64,000 bases of DNA, from assembly GCA_965660445.1 (NCBI GenBank), contig CBFIAK010000001.1, forward strand, positions 764,228 to 828,227, in the 5' to 3' direction. Below are positions 60,954-64,000 of the stretch, one piece after another. The notes below the pieces were generated by a model that saw nothing but the letters and a program-made list of their open reading frames with translations, ran no database searches and was not told the DNA's origin. Each line of letters starts with the position of its first letter. Position 1 is the first letter of the stretch. This DNA comes from Patescibacteria group bacterium. Its GTDB lineage: Bacteria > Patescibacteriota > Gracilibacteria > UBA4473. The translations under genes were made by a program, and so were the position numbers.

Positions 60954-63803
60954 CTACTCTTCATCGTTTCCGATTGATTTTTCTCGTTGTTCAACTTGTT
61001 CTTTAGTAACGATATTATTGATAGATTCGGCAGGAGCTGCTGATTTTGCGGTTTGTGGCACATGTGCCGCTTTTGCCATAATCTCGTTTGCATCATTTCC
61101 GGTGTTTGGGTCTTCGGTTAACAAGTCATCATGTACTGTTGGATCAGCTTTTGCGGTTTCCGTAATTTTTGATAAGTTATCGATTCCCATACGTGCTTCG
61201 ATTTCAGCATCTACGAATTCTTTTTTTCGTCCGTATTTCATTCGTGAATACTGTTTCATAACTTCTAATACTTTTTCGTTTTTCAGGTTTGGATCATAGA
61301 GTGTATCCATTGAAAAGACCCGTGAAGTAGTATTTTCAATATTAAGTTTCATATAGGCTTTATATTTGGCAATTCCAGCAATATCTTGTTGTGAAAGAAG
61401 TGGTGCATACTCTTTTTCTAAATATTCAGCGTCTTCTGCTCCCACCTTAAAACTTGCCATTGATCCAACATTCCCAAAAACGGCGTCTTTTATTTTACTA
61501 TCTTTTTGTCCAATTGAGATTCCCCCCGGACCTTCTGATAGCTGTGCGATATATTGGTGTGCCATGATCAAATTGAGTCGATATTTTCGAGCTTCAGATA
61601 AGATTCCCGCAAAGGTGTCAGTGGCAAAATTTTGAAACTCATCAACATACAGATAAAAATCTTTTCGGTCTTTGGCTGCCATATCGGATCGTCCCATAGC
61701 GCCCATATTTATTTTTGAAACCACAATCATTCCCAGTAGTTGTGAATTAATAGCTCCAATAGTTCCTTTTGAAAGATTAATAAGCAGTATCTTTTGTTGA
61801 TCCATGCATTCTCGAATATCAAATGCAGACTTTGTTTGTCCGATAATATTTCTCATGATGGTATTGGTCACAAACGGACCAAATTTTGAAGTAAAATAAG
61901 GAATCATTTCTTGTTTTTCTCGTTGTCCGGTGTTGGCGATTTCTCCTTCCCAAAACGATCGCACAACAGGATTTGTGACTTTTGCAACCTTATATCGTTG
62001 AAAATCTTCATCAATAAACATTCGTGGTACGTCAATAAGTGTTGCCCCTTCTTCTTGATCTTCCATAAGAGTCAAACACGCATTTCGGAAATAGTGTTGA
62101 ATCCGTGGTCCAAATATTTCGTTCCCAAATAGTTTAATAAATATTTCCATTGCATCCAGAGACGCTCTATCCCATTGATCTCTATTTTTTGTTTCGAGTA
62201 GATTAAGTCCGAGAGGTCTGTCTTTATCTCCGGGATTAAAAATAACTACATCTTTAGCACGATGTTTTGGGATACATGCGGCAACATCATCTACTAAATC
62301 ACCATGAGGGTCTACCACACAAACGCCATCACCATTGGCGATATCTTGAATTGCCATATTCCATAAGAGTACCGATTTCCCTGATCCGGATTTCCCAATA
62401 ATATAGAAATGTCTGGTTCGATCGTTTCGCAAAATACGAATGGGAGTTCTGTTTCCTCTGAATACATTTTCTCCCAATACAATACCTTCTTTTGGTACAT
62501 TAAGCGGTGCTGGGAGCACTTTGTATTCAAGCCAACGAATTGTTGGAATACGGTTGTATTTTGCATCTGGAAAATGAAACATAGTTGCCAGCTCATCTTC
62601 ACTTAAAAGTGAGCTTTTTTCGAAAAATGAATTGAGTTTATACTTGAAATTATGTTGTATCCATGGAGAGTTGATGATGTTGAGAGGAACAATTCTTCTG
62701 TTTTCAAAGCGGTTCATTCCTTTTGCTTGAAAGACATTAAATGCTACAAAAACTCCATTGAGTATGTCTTCCACACGAGACCTATCAGGTGAACTCGCAA
62801 ATACTCTCACCACTGTTTTAAACCCCGAACGGTTTGCTTTCTCTCCAATTTTTTTTGCAATTTCTTCTTGGCTTTGAAGCATTCGTACATAAGAATCTCC
62901 GCCACTAGCCCCCGGAGCATTTGTTCCAAACCCATCAGTCGCGGGATCATATCCTTTGATAAGTATTTTGATTGGCATCCAAAAAATATTCAGGATGGGG
63001 GTTATGAGAGGAATGCTGAAACCGTTTTGGAACCCTTTTTTCGATTTTCCTTTAAACATAAGGGTTCCCATTTTCTTGGCATTCGTTCGCCACCGGTGAG
63101 AAAGGGGATGTACAACCAGTTGAATACACCCTTTTTCTTCTTTTGCGAGTCCTGAAAAACTGTTCGCAATACTGTTTAAAGCATCGTCTTCAATTTCTTT
63201 ATAGGTTTGGATTGGAAACCATGGGGCTTTGCTTGCGTACATATAAAACCCATTTGTGTGAAGCCCTTTGCCCCCAAGTGAAAACTGTTTTTCTTTTGGT
63301 ATTGGTTCTATTTCTGCAGATTCATAAAACGAGGTGACCTGTTTTTCTAAAATTTTTCGGTAATATTTATCAGCAATAATAACAAAACTTAACTCTTGAT
63401 TTTCGATTTGTAACTCAAATGAAAGTTGTGGATACCCCCAAATCATCCGTTTGAAAAGTATGTGATACAAATTAAGATCACGTATTTCATGAAGTGATCT
63501 AAAAAATTGTTCAGCTTTTCCAATAGATTCGTGAAAATCTTTATCGGTTCGTTTTTCGTTATCGAGTTTTGAGTCGTTTTTCGGGAGCGTGACTCGTAGG
63601 TGAATAAAATTATCTTCTTTAATCTGCCGTTTTTGGTAAAAATATCGATAAATTGGTCGGGTAATATACAAAAAAAGACCAATTTGTACAATACGCAGAG
63701 CAACAAGCACTCGCATATCACCGACCCATTCAAGCACAATGAAATTACTCCACAATTGGGACGGAGAAAAGAAAAGTTTTATATTATCCCACCAGTTTTC
63801 CAT
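60954..63803 (-). CDS. CPR-type VirD4/TraG/HerA-like membrane ATPase
   Basis: RHFYIIGKSGSGKS, VVDPHGD, LYVDEFQNF, ILSEARKY, AHQY..QL, FGNVG; N-terminal TM. Confidence 0.88.
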   Translation of the reverse strand: MENWWDNIKLFFSPSQLWSNFIVLEWVGDMRVLVALRIVQIGLFLYITRPIYRYFYQKRQIKEDNFIHLRVTLPKNDSKLDNEKRTDKDFHESIGKAEQFFRSLHEIRDLNLYHILFKRMIWGYPQLSFELQIENQELSFVIIADKYYRKILEKQVTSFYESAEIEPIPKEKQFSLGGKGLHTNGFYMYASKAPWFPIQTYKEIEDDALNSIANSFSGLAKEEKGCIQLVVHPLSHRWRTNAKKMGTLMFKGKSKKGFQNGFSIPLITPILNIFWMPIKILIKGYDPATDGFGTNAPGASGGDSYVRMLQSQEEIAKKIGEKANRSGFKTVVRVFASSPDRSRVEDILNGVFVAFNVFQAKGMNRFENRRIVPLNIINSPWIQHNFKYKLNSFFEKSSLLSEDELATMFHFPDAKYNRIPTIRWLEYKVLPAPLNVPKEGIVLGENVFRGNRTPIRILRNDRTRHFYIIGKSGSGKSVLLWNMAIQDIANGDGVCVVDPHGDLVDDVAACIPKHRAKDVVIFNPGDKDRPLGLNLLETKNRDQWDRASLDAMEIFIKLFGNEIFGPRIQHYFRNACLTLMEDQEEGATLIDVPRMFIDEDFQRYKVAKVTNPVVRSFWEGEIANTGQREKQEMIPYFTSKFGPFVTNTIMRNIIGQTKSAFDIRECMDQQKILLINLSKGTIGAINSQLLGMIVVSKINMGAMGRSDMAAKDRKDFYLYVDEFQNFATDTFAGILSEARKYRLNLIMAHQYIAQLSEGPGGISIGQKDSKIKDAVFGNVGSMASFKVGAEDAEYLEKEYAPLLSQQDIAGIAKYKAYMKLNIENTTSRVFSMDTLYDPNLKNEKVLEVMKQYSRMKYGRKKEFVDAEIEARMGIDNLSKITETAKADPTVHDDLLTEDPNTGNDANEIMAKAAHVPQTAKSAAPAESINNIVTKEQVEQREKSIGNDEE

Positions 63804-63859
63804 GTGTGTTTGTATTCGGTTTTATGCTAGCATAGTTTGATAAACACTTCCAAGAAAAA

Positions 63860-64000
63860 AATCAGAATCTAAATTGGAATCTGGAATCCGGAATCTAGAA
63901 TCTTGTTTCCATCACAAAAATCACAAGGCCGTGCACGCCCTTGTGATTCCTGCGCTTCTTGCGATTTTATCAAGATTCTGGATTTAAGATTCTATTATTA
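63860..64000. repeat. Repeat locus L10 (may continue past the window edge)
   Basis: (GAATCTN)n, palindrome at 63919-63948, (NAGATTC)n; ends in GATTCTATTATTA, the reverse complement of the cassette B end. Confidence 0.85.

Noticed and set aside
60954-63803. Conjugative element or ICE implied by the VirD4-like gene
   Set aside because: No relaxase, VirB genes, integrase or att sites; this ATPase type occurs among CPR chromosomal genes.
1-64000. Alternative genetic code (TGA=Gly, as in some Gracilibacteria)
   Set aside because: Long conserved genes are intact in code 11, GGA is abundant, and TGA sits at expected gene ends such as pheT and dnaJ.
24273-64000. CRISPR array interpretation of the 30-bp palindromes
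   Set aside because: Copies are dispersed and degenerate, not separated by unique equal-length spacers, and no cas genes are present.

Overview
AT-rich bacterial chromosomal segment read in the standard genetic code (TGA is a stop, GGA is abundant). The gene set points to a Patescibacteria/CPR organism, an inference from pilT, a CPR-type VirD4/HerA-like ATPase, SLH/DUF11/TSP3 surface proteins and scattered single housekeeping genes. Housekeeping genes: secA, murB, tig, dut, argS, pheT, V-type ATPase subunit B, rsmI, typA, dnaJ, tgt, recX and dnaK; dnaJ and dnaK each have their own CIRCE. No rRNA, tRNA, CRISPR array or transposase was seen. Two things stand out. (1) A two-gene locus at 11686-15555: a PKD/7TM membrane protein ending in -EDNQEE, followed by one polypeptide that fuses a RimK-related ATP-grasp ligase, a degenerate retropepsin-like domain and a MATCAP/DUF1704-type carboxypeptidase. 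It is a candidate writer/eraser of C-terminal peptide tails. (2) A modular intergenic repeat family at 10 loci from 24.3 kb onward. It is built from heptamer tandems and a 30-bp palindrome (14 copies), with two cargo cassettes: a 236-bp highly structured element in 2 identical copies, and a ~215-bp double-palindrome element in 3 full copies plus 1 internally deleted copy. These elements abut or supply stop codons, neighbour toxin-antitoxin modules, and one coincides with an apparent strand-composition switch near 51.3 kb. All family assignments come from motif recognition by eye, not database searches.
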